From the NCBI GenBank assembly GCA_965203835.1, contig OZ241919.1:596188-660187 (forward strand): DNA of 64,000 bases, in the 5' to 3' direction. Origin of the DNA: Dehalococcoidia bacterium (GTDB lineage Bacteria; Chloroflexota; Dehalococcoidia; Lucifugimonadales; UBA3495). This document shows, piece after piece, positions 51,869 through 60,940 of this stretch (positions within the stretch are counted from its first letter, which is position 1; each line of letters opens with the position of its first letter). The notes under the pieces were generated by a model. That model worked only from the letters and a program-made list of their open reading frames with translations. It was not told the origin of the DNA and made no database searches. Made by a program: the position numbers and the translations under genes.

Positions 51869-54800
51869 CTAAAAGCCGCCGGTGCGGTACTCTTCGGTGC
51901 GCCTGACATTGTAGGTGCCGCGTTCGACCAGCAGGCTTTCCACCGCTGCCCGCGCGGTATCCAAGGAAGTAAAGCAGGGAATTTGACGCTCCACAGCAGC
52001 CCGGCGTATAAAAAACCCGTCCTGCAAGACCGACGTGTCCCCTGACAGAGTGTTTATCACCGCTCCCACGCTGCCATCGTTGACCACATCCACCACGTTG
52101 GGATGACCTTCATCCATCCTTTTGGTTGCCATCGTCACGGGAATGCCCATGGCGGTAATCATGGCGGCGGTCCCTTCGGTGGCATAGAGCGGGCATCCCG
52201 CTTCCCCCAATGCCCGGACCAGTGTTACGGCTTCGGCCTTGTCCTGGTCGGCGATGCTGAGCAGCACGCCCGCTTTCTCGCGCAGATTCAGATTGGCGGC
52301 CAAGAGCGCTTTCGACAACGCACTGGAGAAGTCGAGATCGATGCCCATAACTTCGCCCGTGGATATCATCTCAGGCCCCAAGTGCCAGTCCACGCCTACC
52401 AGCTTGCCCATTGAAAAGACCGGAGCCTTTATCCCTACCAAATTCTGGCGCGGCCAAAGCCCCCCCTCATAGCCTTGATCGGCCAAGGACTGTCCCAGCA
52501 TGACCCGCGTGGCGATAGCGGCAGCAGGGACCCCGGTAACCTTGGAAATAAAGGGAGTAGTGCGGCTTGCCCTGGGGTTGACCTCGAGGACATAGACCGT
52601 AGTAGCGTCTCCGGCGCCTGTAGGCAGGTTGGGGCTGCGATACGGGGGTCCACCCAGGATAACGAACTGAATGTTCATCAACCCTCGCACTTCCAGCGCC
52701 AGTCCTATCCTGGTGGTGTAGTCGACGATGGTGTTGACCTCTTCCGACGTAAGGTTCAGCCCAGGGTAGATCGCCATCGAGTCTCCGCTATGAACACCGG
52801 CCCTCTCGATGTGCTCCATGATTCCGGGAATCAATACCTGCTCGCCGTCGCATATAGCGTCGACTTCGCACTCCTTTCCTTCCATGTAACGGTCTATCAG
52901 CACCGGTTGGTCCGGCGCGAGAGCAGCGGCGGCGGTCAAGTAGCGGATAAGCTCCGATGCGTTCTGTACAATTTCCATGGCCCGTCCGCCGAGCACGTAG
53001 CTGGGCCGTACCACGGCGGGGTAACCGATATTCTGGGCTACCTGAAGCGCCTCGCTCACGGAAGTGACCGCGGCGCCGGGCGGTTGGGGAATCCCCAACC
53101 GGGACAGGAATTCTTCGAACTTGTGGCGGTCCGACGCCGTATCAATGGCGCCGGCGCTCGACCCCAGGATAGGCAGTCCTGCCATTGCCAGCGACTGAGA
53201 AAGGTTAATAGCGGTCTGGCCGCCAAACTGCACCAGCGAGGATGGAGCCTCGTCGTCCACCGTCTCATTCTCGACGATGTCCCGCACCGCCTCTTCATCC
53301 AAAGGCTCAAAGTAAAGGCGGTCACTGGAGTCGAAATCCGTGGAAACGGTCTCGGGGTTGGAGTTGATCATAATGCTGCGGACGCCCGAATCGGACAGGG
53401 CACGGGCGGCATGAACACTGCAATAGTCGAATTCTATCCCTTGACCAATCCTTATCGGCCCACTGCCGATGACTACCGCCTTCTCTCCCTGCAGGGGAAA
53501 GGCCTCGTTTTCCTGATCGTAGGTACTGTAGAAGTAAGGGGTGACCGCCTCGAATTCGGCGGCGCAGGTGTCCACTGTCTTGTACACCGGCCTCAGTCCC
53601 CATTGATGCCGCATGTTACGGACCTGTTCCGGCAGCATATCGGCAAGTGTGCCGACCTGTTCGTCGGTGAATCCAAGACGTTTGGCGCGGAGCAGCAAGT
53701 CGGGATCGAGCGGCTCGGCCAGCAGCCTCCTCTCCATCGCAACCAGACGCTCCAGGGCGGCGATGAACCACGGGTCTATCAACGTGCGATGCACCATGCG
53801 GGCCGTGCCAACGTCCCTGCGTATGCCGGCCATCAAAGCCCACAGGCGCAGGTCGTTGGGGTCCAGCGGCAATGGGTCCAACGGGTCGGGTGTTTCGGTA
53901 CGCCAGTCCGGGTGCTCCCACAAAAGGGTGCGGCCTCCCATTTCCAGCGAGCGCACGGCTTTTTGCAGGGCAGCTTCGAAAGACCGGTCGATAACCATCA
54001 CTTCCCCGGTAGCCTTCATCTGCGTGGTAATACCGCGGTCGCCGTGGGGAAACTTGTCGAAAGGCCAGCGTGGAATCTTTACGACACAATAGTCCAGGGC
54101 CGGCTCGAATGCCGCCTTGGTCTTGTCGGTAACCGCGTTGGGAATATCGTCCAATCGTTTCCCAACGGCGATTTTGGCCGCCACCCGTGCTATAGGGTAC
54201 CCGGTAGCCTTGCTGGCCAGCGCTGAACTGCGGCTGACCCTTGGATTGACTTCTATCACGTAGTAAGGAGACGCGGAGAGGGCTGCGGGCCCGATGGCTT
54301 CCGCCACTTGGGGATGCGGCATCAAAGCGAACTGGATGTTACAGCCGCCCTCTATTCCAAGGCCGCGGATAATCTTGAGACTGGCGCTCCTCAGCATCTG
54401 GTAGTCTTTATCGGTCAGGGTCTGGCTTGGAGCCACCACGATGCTGTCGCCGGTGTGGACGCCCATCGGGTCCAGGTTCTCTATGTTGCAGATGGTGATA
54501 CAGTTGTCGGCCCCGTCCCGCATCACCTCGTATTCGATTTCTTTCCAGCCGACCAAGGACCGTTCGAGCAGCACTTGAGATATGGGGCTGGTTGCGAGAC
54601 CGCTGGCGACGATGGCGTCGAACTCTTCCCAAGTGCGGGCAAAGCCTCCGCCGCTGCCGCCCAGGGTATAAGCGGGCCTTACAACCATCGGCAGGCCAAC
54701 CTCCCGGCCAAGGGCCTTCGCTTCTTCCAGCGACGACGCGATAACGCCGCTGGGCTCCGGTTCGCCGATGCTGCGCAGGAAGTCACGGAACAACTGCCGG

Positions 54801-55201
54801 TCCTCACAGCGGCGAATGGTGTCCAGTTGTGTCCCCAGCAGGCGAATGCCGTACTTGTCCAGAACGCCGGCATCCGCCAGGGCTACGGCAAGATTCAGGC
54901 CGGTCTGCCCCCCAAGAGTGGGGAGCAGACCGTCAGGCCGCTCACGGTCAAGGATACGGTCCAATACCTCAACGGTAAGCGGCTCCACGTAAACGCGGTC
55001 CGCCGTCGTCTGGTCGGTCATAATGGTAGCCGGGTTGGAATTGACCAGCACGGTATAGACACCCTCGTCACGGAGGGCTTTGCAGGCTTGAGTACCGGCA
55101 TAGTCGAACTCCGCAGCTTGACCAATGACGATCGGCCCGGAGCCGATAACCAGCACTTTGCCCGGTTGAGTAGAGATGCTAATCCTATCCTCTCCCTTCA
55201 C
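51869..55201 (-). CDS. carB: Carbamoyl-phosphate synthase large subunit
   Basis: Canonical VLVIGSGPIVIGQAAEFDYAGTQA start region and duplicated ATP-grasp halves. The ORF extends to 55345, but that extension is translated REP sequence. The GTG at 55201 is my best guess for the start. Confidence 0.9.
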   Translation of the reverse strand: MKGEDRISISTQPGKVLVIGSGPIVIGQAAEFDYAGTQACKALRDEGVYTVLVNSNPATIMTDQTTADRVYVEPLTVEVLDRILDRERPDGLLPTLGGQTGLNLAVALADAGVLDKYGIRLLGTQLDTIRRCEDRQLFRDFLRSIGEPEPSGVIASSLEEAKALGREVGLPMVVRPAYTLGGSGGGFARTWEEFDAIVASGLATSPISQVLLERSLVGWKEIEYEVMRDGADNCITICNIENLDPMGVHTGDSIVVAPSQTLTDKDYQMLRSASLKIIRGLGIEGGCNIQFALMPHPQVAEAIGPAALSASPYYVIEVNPRVSRSSALASKATGYPIARVAAKIAVGKRLDDIPNAVTDKTKAAFEPALDYCVVKIPRWPFDKFPHGDRGITTQMKATGEVMVIDRSFEAALQKAVRSLEMGGRTLLWEHPDWRTETPDPLDPLPLDPNDLRLWALMAGIRRDVGTARMVHRTLIDPWFIAALERLVAMERRLLAEPLDPDLLLRAKRLGFTDEQVGTLADMLPEQVRNMRHQWGLRPVYKTVDTCAAEFEAVTPYFYSTYDQENEAFPLQGEKAVVIGSGPIRIGQGIEFDYCSVHAARALSDSGVRSIMINSNPETVSTDFDSSDRLYFEPLDEEAVRDIVENETVDDEAPSSLVQFGGQTAINLSQSLAMAGLPILGSSAGAIDTASDRHKFEEFLSRLGIPQPPGAAVTSVSEALQVAQNIGYPAVVRPSYVLGGRAMEIVQNASELIRYLTAAAALAPDQPVLIDRYMEGKECEVDAICDGEQVLIPGIMEHIERAGVHSGDSMAIYPGLNLTSEEVNTIVDYTTRIGLALEVRGLMNIQFVILGGPPYRSPNLPTGAGDATTVYVLEVNPRASRTTPFISKVTGVPAAAIATRVMLGQSLADQGYEGGLWPRQNLVGIKAPVFSMGKLVGVDWHLGPEMISTGEVMGIDLDFSSALSKALLAANLNLREKAGVLLSIADQDKAEAVTLVRALGEAGCPLYATEGTAAMITAMGIPVTMATKRMDEGHPNVVDVVNDGSVGAVINTLSGDTSVLQDGFFIRRAAVERQIPCFTSLDTARAAVESLLVERGTYNVRRTEEYRTGGF

Positions 55202-55230
55202 CCACCGTGACCAAGCTTGCCCCCGCCTGC

Positions 55231-55343
55231 CTCCCGCCTGCACGGGAAAGACGGAGCCTGCCCCCGTGGAGACGGGGGAAGTGGGGACGCCAGGCGGCGT
55301 CCCGCCAGGCTTGCCCCCAGGTTCCCGCCTTCGCGGGAAAGAC
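55231..55343. repeat. Cluster of degenerate REP-like palindromes
   Basis: CTCCCGCCTGCACGGGAAAGACGGAG; CCCCCGTGGAGACGGGGG; GACGCCAGGCGGCGTC; GTTCCCGCCTTCGCGGGAAAGAC. Confidence 0.75.
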
Positions 55344-55357
55344 AAAGTGGGGGACTG

Positions 55358-55774
55358 CTAAAAGGTGGGCAGAACGCCAGGCAGGGTAATAAGCCCTCGC
55401 CTTTGCAGCATGTTCAGAATCTGGGACATGAACGATCCCAGATAAAGTCCCTCCGGGTCCGCCTCAAAATACTCACTGGGCGACTCCCTATCTCTCGGGG
55501 GAATGGCGAACCGTACTTCATCGTTGTCCAAACAGTCAACTTCAATGCGGCCAATCGAAGGATTTGGGCCGCCGCGACGCACCGAATTGATCAACCTTAT
55601 GGTTAACTCCCAACGCTCGCGCAGTTGCGTCCTGACCGCGGTTAGTTGGTACTCGTGTCCGTCGTGTGAAAACCAGGGAACCTCTTCATCCAAGAGCGAT
55701 ATAACGCTCGACAAGTCGCCAGGAATCTCCACCTCCACACCTTCCTCCACCAACACTAAGGAGAATGAAGACAT
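55358..55774 (-). CDS. Hypothetical protein inserted between carA and carB
   Basis: 138-aa ORF with a strong GGAGG SD 8 nt before the ATG. No recognisable motif. Flanked on both sides by REP clusters. Confidence 0.6.
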   Translation of the reverse strand: MSSFSLVLVEEGVEVEIPGDLSSVISLLDEEVPWFSHDGHEYQLTAVRTQLRERWELTIRLINSVRRGGPNPSIGRIEVDCLDNDEVRFAIPPRDRESPSEYFEADPEGLYLGSFMSQILNMLQRRGLITLPGVLPTF

Positions 55775-55826
55775 CAGGAAACCTCCAAATATTACAAACA
55801 GCCAGCACCTGCCCCTGCCTGCCCCA

Positions 55827-55879
55827 ATGGATTCCCGTCTACACGGGAAAGACGGGAAGGGGGCGGGAAAGACGGGGGG
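55827..55879. repeat. Cluster of degenerate REP-like palindromes
   Basis: ATGGATTCCCGTCTACACGGGAAAGACGGGAAGGGGGCGGGAAAGACGGGGGG. Confidence 0.75.
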
Positions 55880-56008
55880 TAAGGCTTGTTATACCTCCTG
55901 CCCTGCCATGCGGCCAGCGGGGGCGTAATTCAGGGTTATATGTCCGGTATTCGTTATGTAAACTCTCCTCCTTAACGGGATTGGACCGTGTAATGCCCGC
56001 TTTCTATT

Positions 56009-57103
56009 TTAACGTGCTTGGCTGACCATCTGAACGAAGCGATCGAACAGGTATTCGTTATCTTGAGGGCCTGGCGACCCTTCGGAGTGATATTGGATAG
56101 TAAAAACGGGCATGTCCCGGTGCCGCAATCCCTCTATGGTGCCGTCGTGCAAGTTAATGTGGGATACTTCCAATCCCGGGGGCAGGGAACCGGCCGACAC
56201 GGCGTAGCCATGGTTTTGCGCCGTTATATAAACTCGGCCGTCAGTCAGGTCTTTAACCGGGTGGTTGCCGCCCCGGTGCCCGAACTTCAATTTGAACGTA
56301 TCAGCCCCCAAGGCCCTGGCGACGATCTGGTGTCCCAAGCAAATGCCCATGATGGGGACTTTGCCCAGCAGTCTGCCCACGTTGTCCACCAGGTACTCAA
56401 GGAGTTGCGGGTCCCCCGGACCCGGGGACAACAGCAATCCGTCCGGTTCCAGGGCCAGCATCTCTTCAGCGGGGGCCGATGCCGGCATGGCGATGACCTG
56501 GCATCCGCGCTGTCGCAACAATCTAAGGATGTTGTACTTCAGTCCGCAGTCCGTTACCAGTATCCGGTATCCCGGCGCTCCGGGCGGCAATGGCGGATTG
56601 TCCCATTCGTAGCCTGCGGCAGTGGTTACGGTGCTTACGAAGTCCACGTCGTCATAGCGCGTTGACGCAGCCAGACGGGCTGCCGCGAGTTCCGGCGCGT
56701 CGGTAGTGATGGCCCCCATCATTACGCCCCGGTCCCGCAAACGCCGGGTGATGGCCCTGGTGTCGACGCCGCTGATACCGGGGATATTCTGGCTTTCTAG
56801 AAACTCGTGGAGAGTTCTTTCACTGGCGACGTGACTGGGGCGGTCGCAGTGCTCGCGCACGATAAACCCGGACACCTGAATACGCCGGGACTCGAAGTCT
56901 TCCTTGTTGATGCCGTAGTTGCCCACAAGAGGGTATGTCAACGTGACCAGTTGGCCGGCGTAGGACGGGTCCGTCAACACTTCCTGGTATCCCGTCATGC
57001 TGGTGTTGAACACCACCTCGCCCTGGCTTTCAACCTCGCCTCCGAAGGTCTCTCCACGAAATACCGATCCATCTTCCAGCACCAAGTAAGCCGCCTTAGC
57101 CAT
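56009..57103 (-). CDS. carA: Carbamoyl-phosphate synthase small subunit (glutamine amidotransferase)
   Basis: MAKAAYLVLEDGSVFRG start after a G-rich SD. Amidotransferase Cys block GICLGHQ. The ORF-track extension to 57211 is translated REP sequence. Confidence 0.9.
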   Translation of the reverse strand: MAKAAYLVLEDGSVFRGETFGGEVESQGEVVFNTSMTGYQEVLTDPSYAGQLVTLTYPLVGNYGINKEDFESRRIQVSGFIVREHCDRPSHVASERTLHEFLESQNIPGISGVDTRAITRRLRDRGVMMGAITTDAPELAAARLAASTRYDDVDFVSTVTTAAGYEWDNPPLPPGAPGYRILVTDCGLKYNILRLLRQRGCQVIAMPASAPAEEMLALEPDGLLLSPGPGDPQLLEYLVDNVGRLLGKVPIMGICLGHQIVARALGADTFKLKFGHRGGNHPVKDLTDGRVYITAQNHGYAVSAGSLPPGLEVSHINLHDGTIEGLRHRDMPVFTIQYHSEGSPGPQDNEYLFDRFVQMVSQAR

Positions 57104-58532
57104 TATCCCCCCTGGCCCCGGCGTGATGCCCGCCCCCGTCTCCCCCGCGCAGGCGGGGGCCGAGGGCAGGCTCTGCGCGGGCATGACGGGAAGGGGCTTC
57201 CCGGTAGACAACTTTGCCTTCCACCAGCGTTGCCACTACCTTCCCCTTCAACGTGGTCCCTTCCAAAGGAGTGTTCTTTCCCATGGACAGGAAGTCTCTG
57301 GTGTCTACCACCCATTCACGGTTGGGGTCGAACACAACGATGTCCGCCGGCGTACCCGGTTGCAACGTAGCAAGCGGCTGGAACGACTGCCCCAGCACCT
57401 CGGCCGGCCCTGCGGTCATCCGTTCCACAACGGCGTTCAGGGTCATCGTCCCTTGGTGGACCAACTGAAGGGCCGATCCCAAGGCAGTCTCCAGCACACT
57501 GATGCCGGATGCTGCGTCCTGATACGTTACCCGCTTGGCGGTCAACTCGTGGGGGGCGTGGTCGGTGGCGATGCAATCAATAACTCCGTCGGCCAGCCCC
57601 TGAATCAAGGCGTCCACATCCGTTTGGCTTCTCAACGGAGGGTACACCTTGGTGTAGGTGTCGTAGGCATAACCATGTGAAGCGCCACCCCCCATGCCCC
57701 TGTTGCCCAATACCCATTCATCGGTGATGGTAAGGTGATGAGGGCAGACCTCGGAGGTAACAGGTATGCCGCGTTCCTTTGCTTCCCGCACCAGCCGCAC
57801 ACTGCCCGCGGTGCTCAAATGGGCCAGATGTATCCTGCCTCCGGTCAACTCCGCCAACAGTATATCCCTGGAAACCATCGCCTCTTCCACAGCCGCAGTA
57901 ATACCAGGCAAGCCCAAGTGGGTGGCTATACGCCCTTCCGCCATGACTCCGTTGCCGCTGAGGCACAGGTCCTGGCAGTGATTGGAGATCGGTATTCCAA
58001 GGTCCATACTATACGTGAGGGCTAGGCGCATCAGGTTGGGATCACTGACCGGGTCTCCGTCGTCGCTGAAGGCCACTACTCCGGCTGAAGCCAACTCCTC
58101 CATCTCCGACAACTCTTTGCCCTTACGTCCCTTGGTAACGCACCCGATTGGGAATACCCGGACGACGGCATCGGCCTTGGCTCGGTCGAGTACGAAGCCG
58201 ACCATGCCGGCGTTATCAATGGGAGGGTCGGTGTTTGGCATGGCGCACAAGCTGGTGAACCCTCCTCGGGCACCGGCGAGACTTCCGCTGCGAATGGTCT
58301 CTTTGTACTCGAAACCCGGCTCGCGGAGATGGCAATGCAGGTCAATGAACCCTGGGCTGGCAACCAAGCCTCCTGCCTCAATGGTGACGCACCCATCGGG
58401 AATATCATCGGGCGCGATGCGGCCACAGGCGGCGATCTCGCCGCCGGCCACCAGGATATCCCCCACCTCGTCCACGCCGCGGCCGGGATCGACGATCCTG
58501 GGACTCCTGATCAACACCGCGTCCAAGGCCAT
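57096..58532 (-). CDS. pyrC: Dihydroorotase, with a ~45-aa REP-derived C-terminal extension
   Basis: DLHCHLREPG metal-binding block. The homologous body ends near ...LVEGKVVYRE. The tail SRHARAEPALGPRLRGGDGGGHHAGARGDNG is encoded by the REP at 57126-57195. Overlaps the carA start by 8 nt. Confidence 0.88.
   Translation of the reverse strand: MALDAVLIRSPRIVDPGRGVDEVGDILVAGGEIAACGRIAPDDIPDGCVTIEAGGLVASPGFIDLHCHLREPGFEYKETIRSGSLAGARGGFTSLCAMPNTDPPIDNAGMVGFVLDRAKADAVVRVFPIGCVTKGRKGKELSEMEELASAGVVAFSDDGDPVSDPNLMRLALTYSMDLGIPISNHCQDLCLSGNGVMAEGRIATHLGLPGITAAVEEAMVSRDILLAELTGGRIHLAHLSTAGSVRLVREAKERGIPVTSEVCPHHLTITDEWVLGNRGMGGGASHGYAYDTYTKVYPPLRSQTDVDALIQGLADGVIDCIATDHAPHELTAKRVTYQDAASGISVLETALGSALQLVHQGTMTLNAVVERMTAGPAEVLGQSFQPLATLQPGTPADIVVFDPNREWVVDTRDFLSMGKNTPLEGTTLKGKVVATLVEGKVVYREAPSRHARAEPALGPRLRGGDGGGHHAGARGDNG
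57126..57195. repeat. Nested REP-like palindrome at the pyrC/carA junction
   Basis: ATGCCCGC...CCCCCGCGCAGGCGGGGG...GCGGGCATGACGGGAAGGGG. Confidence 0.8.
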
Positions 58533-58619
58533 CAGTATTCCCCACAGAGAGGCAAGCTTTGACAGGCCGTGCCAATAAGGCCGCTGGCGGCAATTGTATT
58601 CACCGAACTTGGGCTCACG

Positions 58620-59636
58620 CTAGTCCGTTCCGGCCGACAGGTGGTACAACAACGCCATACGAATGGCTACGCCGTTGGTCACTTGTTGCTCAATTACCGA
58701 ACTGGAGCCGTGAGCGATGCTGGAACTGATTTCGATGCCCTCGTTCATGGGACCGGGATGCATCACCATGGCCTGGCTGTTGGCGCGGGACAAACGGGCG
58801 TCTGTGACCTGCCAACGCCGTATGTACTCCCGGATGCTGGGCAGGAAACCACTGTCTTGCCGCTCCGCTTGCAGCCGCAGGGCCATTACCACGTCAGCCC
58901 CTTCGATGGCCCGGTCGAGGTTGGTGTCGATGGATACGGTCGACAAAGGACTAGTACCGCTTCCGTTGTTGGCGGCTCGCAGCATGTCCAAAGGCAGCAG
59001 GGTGCTCGGCCCACAGAGCACCACGTTGGCCCCCATCTTGGCGAACCCCCAGATGTTGGACCGCGCCACCCGGCTGTGCAGAACATCTCCGACCATCACA
59101 ACCTTCAGTCCTTCCAAGGAACCGCGTTTCTCCTGCACTGTGTAGAGGTCCAGCAGCGACTGGGTGGGATGAGCGTGGATGCCGTCGCCGGCGTTGATGA
59201 TGCCAACTTTGTCCAAGTGTTGCGCGAGCAGGTAAGGCGCCCCCGAATGAGGATGGCGGACGACAATGATGTCTACGCCCATTGCTTGGATGGTCAACCC
59301 GGTGTTGAGCAGCGATTCACCCTTCTCAGCGCTGCTGCCCGACTCCGACATGTTGATGACGTCGGCGCTGAGGATTTTGCCAGCCTCTTCGAAAGAGATT
59401 CGAGTGCGGGTGCTGGCTTCGTAAAAGAGGGTTACGATGACCCGGCCCCGCAAGGCAGGCACTTTCTTTATGTCCCGGTTCAGGACTTCCGACATACCCT
59501 GGGCAGACGCAAGCACTGTCTCAATTTCTTCACGGGAGAAGTCATCCAAGTCCAGGACGTGCCTGCGGCGCCATCCCACACTTCCGACTTCGTCGTTATC
59601 GGCTACCGGAGCGGTTACTGTGTGCAAAAGACTCAT
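58620..59636 (-). CDS. pyrB: Aspartate carbamoyltransferase catalytic subunit
   Basis: Blocks EASTRTR and [14 protein letters not shown] overlap with pyrR. Confidence 0.92.
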   Translation of the reverse strand: MSLLHTVTAPVADNDEVGSVGWRRRHVLDLDDFSREEIETVLASAQGMSEVLNRDIKKVPALRGRVIVTLFYEASTRTRISFEEAGKILSADVINMSESGSSAEKGESLLNTGLTIQAMGVDIIVVRHPHSGAPYLLAQHLDKVGIINAGDGIHAHPTQSLLDLYTVQEKRGSLEGLKVVMVGDVLHSRVARSNIWGFAKMGANVVLCGPSTLLPLDMLRAANNGSGTSPLSTVSIDTNLDRAIEGADVVMALRLQAERQDSGFLPSIREYIRRWQVTDARLSRANSQAMVMHPGPMNEGIEISSSIAHGSSSVIEQQVTNGVAIRMALLYHLSAGTD

Positions 59637-60178
59637 AGCACTCTATCCTCTACCCGGACGATTGCCACTTCGTCGACTCCATCGGTTTCGACCAGCCGGA
59701 CCCTGACGCGCTCGTCCTGGGCAGTGGGAACGTTCTGCCCCACGTAGTCGGCGCGCAGGGGCAACTCCCTGTGGCCGCGGTCCAGCAGGATGGCCAATTG
59801 TACCTGCCGGGGGCGGCCGTAATCGTTCAAAGCGTCCATAGCCGCCCGAACGGTGCGGCCCGTATACAGCACATCGTCCACCAAGACCACCTTCTTGTCT
59901 TGCACTCCGACCGGCATTCTGGTAGGACGGACAACGGGGCCGGCCCGCGCCTTCAGGTCGTCCCGGTACAAGCTGATGTCCAACGCCGCCACCGGCACCT
60001 CACTGCCCTCGAAGTCCAATAGATTGCGAGCCAACCGCTTGGCCAGAGGAACACCCCGGGTATAGACTCCCACAATGACCAATTCCTGAGCTCCGCGGTT
60101 CCTCTCCAGGATTTCGTGGGCCACACGCGCCAACGCCCGGCGTATGTCCTGGTCGTTCATTATCTGGCGTTCAACCAT
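59633..60178 (-). CDS. pyrR: Bifunctional pyr operon regulator / uracil phosphoribosyltransferase PyrR
   Basis: PRPP-binding block [13 protein letters not shown] and the [15 protein letters not shown]-terminus. Start is ATG 60178 or 60160. Confidence 0.9.
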   Translation of the reverse strand: MVERQIMNDQDIRRALARVAHEILERNRGAQELVIVGVYTRGVPLAKRLARNLLDFEGSEVPVAALDISLYRDDLKARAGPVVRPTRMPVGVQDKKVVLVDDVLYTGRTVRAAMDALNDYGRPRQVQLAILLDRGHRELPLRADYVGQNVPTAQDERVRVRLVETDGVDEVAIVRVEDRVL

Positions 60179-60217
60179 TGAATACCTGTCAACTTCGTCG
60201 ATTGACGAAACCGGCGC

Positions 60218-60252
60218 AAAAAAATCCCCTTGCCCTGAAGCTGGCAAGGGGG
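60218..60252 (-). terminator. Attenuator terminator in the pyr leader
   Basis: The minus strand reads CCCCTTGCC-AGCTTCAG-GGCAAGGGG followed by ATTTTTTT, about 40 nt upstream of the pyrR start. Confidence 0.8.
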
Positions 60253-60305
60253 TTCCGCGCCATGGGTCCATCTCGACCGCACACAGCCGAAGAAGGGACG
60301 CTAAA

Positions 60306-60333
60306 CTTTGCCAGCCTCACAGGACTGTCTTAA
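60306..60333 (-). promoter_or_regulatory. PyrR binding loop (anti-antiterminator) candidate
   Basis: The minus strand reads UUUAAGACAGUCCUGUGAGGCUGGCAAAG. This resembles the conserved PyrR box (...UUUAA...AGUCCAGAGAGGCU...) upstream of the terminator. Confidence 0.65.
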
Positions 60334-60418
60334 AAGCCTCACCATCCGCTCTCGGATGGCATCACGACCCGATTAACTATTTTGTACCGGATATGTTATC
60401 AGATGTTATGCCCTGGCC

Positions 60419-60931
60419 TCAAGCCTCCACCTGGGGCAACGCCGCAATGTCCAACGCCTGCTCTTCGGCCACCAGGATGGGATCACGGTTCGTCAGCCGC
60501 CTCATGCGCCGTTCCCATATACGGCCTTCGGGCACCACTGTAGGAGGCGGGATGGTGCGGATGCGCTCCAGTTCGTCCCGCAACTCCCGGCAGCGGTCAA
60601 TGCGGTGCTGCAAAGTATCCGGTTCCAGGCGGTTCTCATAAAAGTTGGTATGCAATTTCTCTGCAACGTCGAATCGGTCCAGGATATAAGTACTGTTGGT
60701 CTGCCATTGAAGCACGGTGGCCAAGTCCTCCAGAAGAAGATGGTGATGATGGTTCCATCCTCTCAAGGCAGCAATGGACTTGAGGCCGTGGGCAACGGCG
60801 CCCCAAGCCTTTTCGGACGCTTGAATCAGGTCGTCACCCCGGTCCAGTTCTTGCTGGGCTTTTTGAATGAGACGCCTGCTCATTTCAAGGTAACGGCTTG
60901 ACAGTTCTTCGGGTGTAGCCATTCGCTGCAT
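60419..60931 (-). CDS. PaREP1-like helical protein (tentative)
   Basis: 170 aa, all-helical. The block ASEKAWGAVAHGLKSIAALRGWNHHHH resembles the PaREP1 family signature. Low certainty. Confidence 0.4.
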   Translation of the reverse strand: MQRMATPEELSSRYLEMSRRLIQKAQQELDRGDDLIQASEKAWGAVAHGLKSIAALRGWNHHHHLLLEDLATVLQWQTNSTYILDRFDVAEKLHTNFYENRLEPDTLQHRIDRCRELRDELERIRTIPPPTVVPEGRIWERRMRRLTNRDPILVAEEQALDIAALPQVEA

Positions 60932-60940
60932 CGACCTCCG

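Noticed and set aside
52475-54226. 583-aa plus-strand ORF opposite carB. Also 54308..55210 opposite carB, 56018..56665 opposite carA, 58569..59747 opposite pyrB, 40594..41541 opposite the LLM gene, and 61937..62740 opposite the VWA gene.
   Set aside because: All lie fully inside well-recognised genes on the other strand and translate to low-complexity sequence.
55202-55345. N-terminal extension of carB (MSFPRRREPGGKPGG...) and the analogous carA extension at 57104..57211.
   Set aside because: These codons are translations of REP-like palindromes. The conserved enzyme N-termini begin downstream, with their own start and SD signals.
31859-57195. Whether the repeated GGATTCCCGC...GCGGGAATGAC units form a CRISPR array.
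   Set aside because: The copies are dispersed over 25 kb at irregular intervals, in both orientations, between and within genes. There is no regular repeat-spacer structure and no cas genes.
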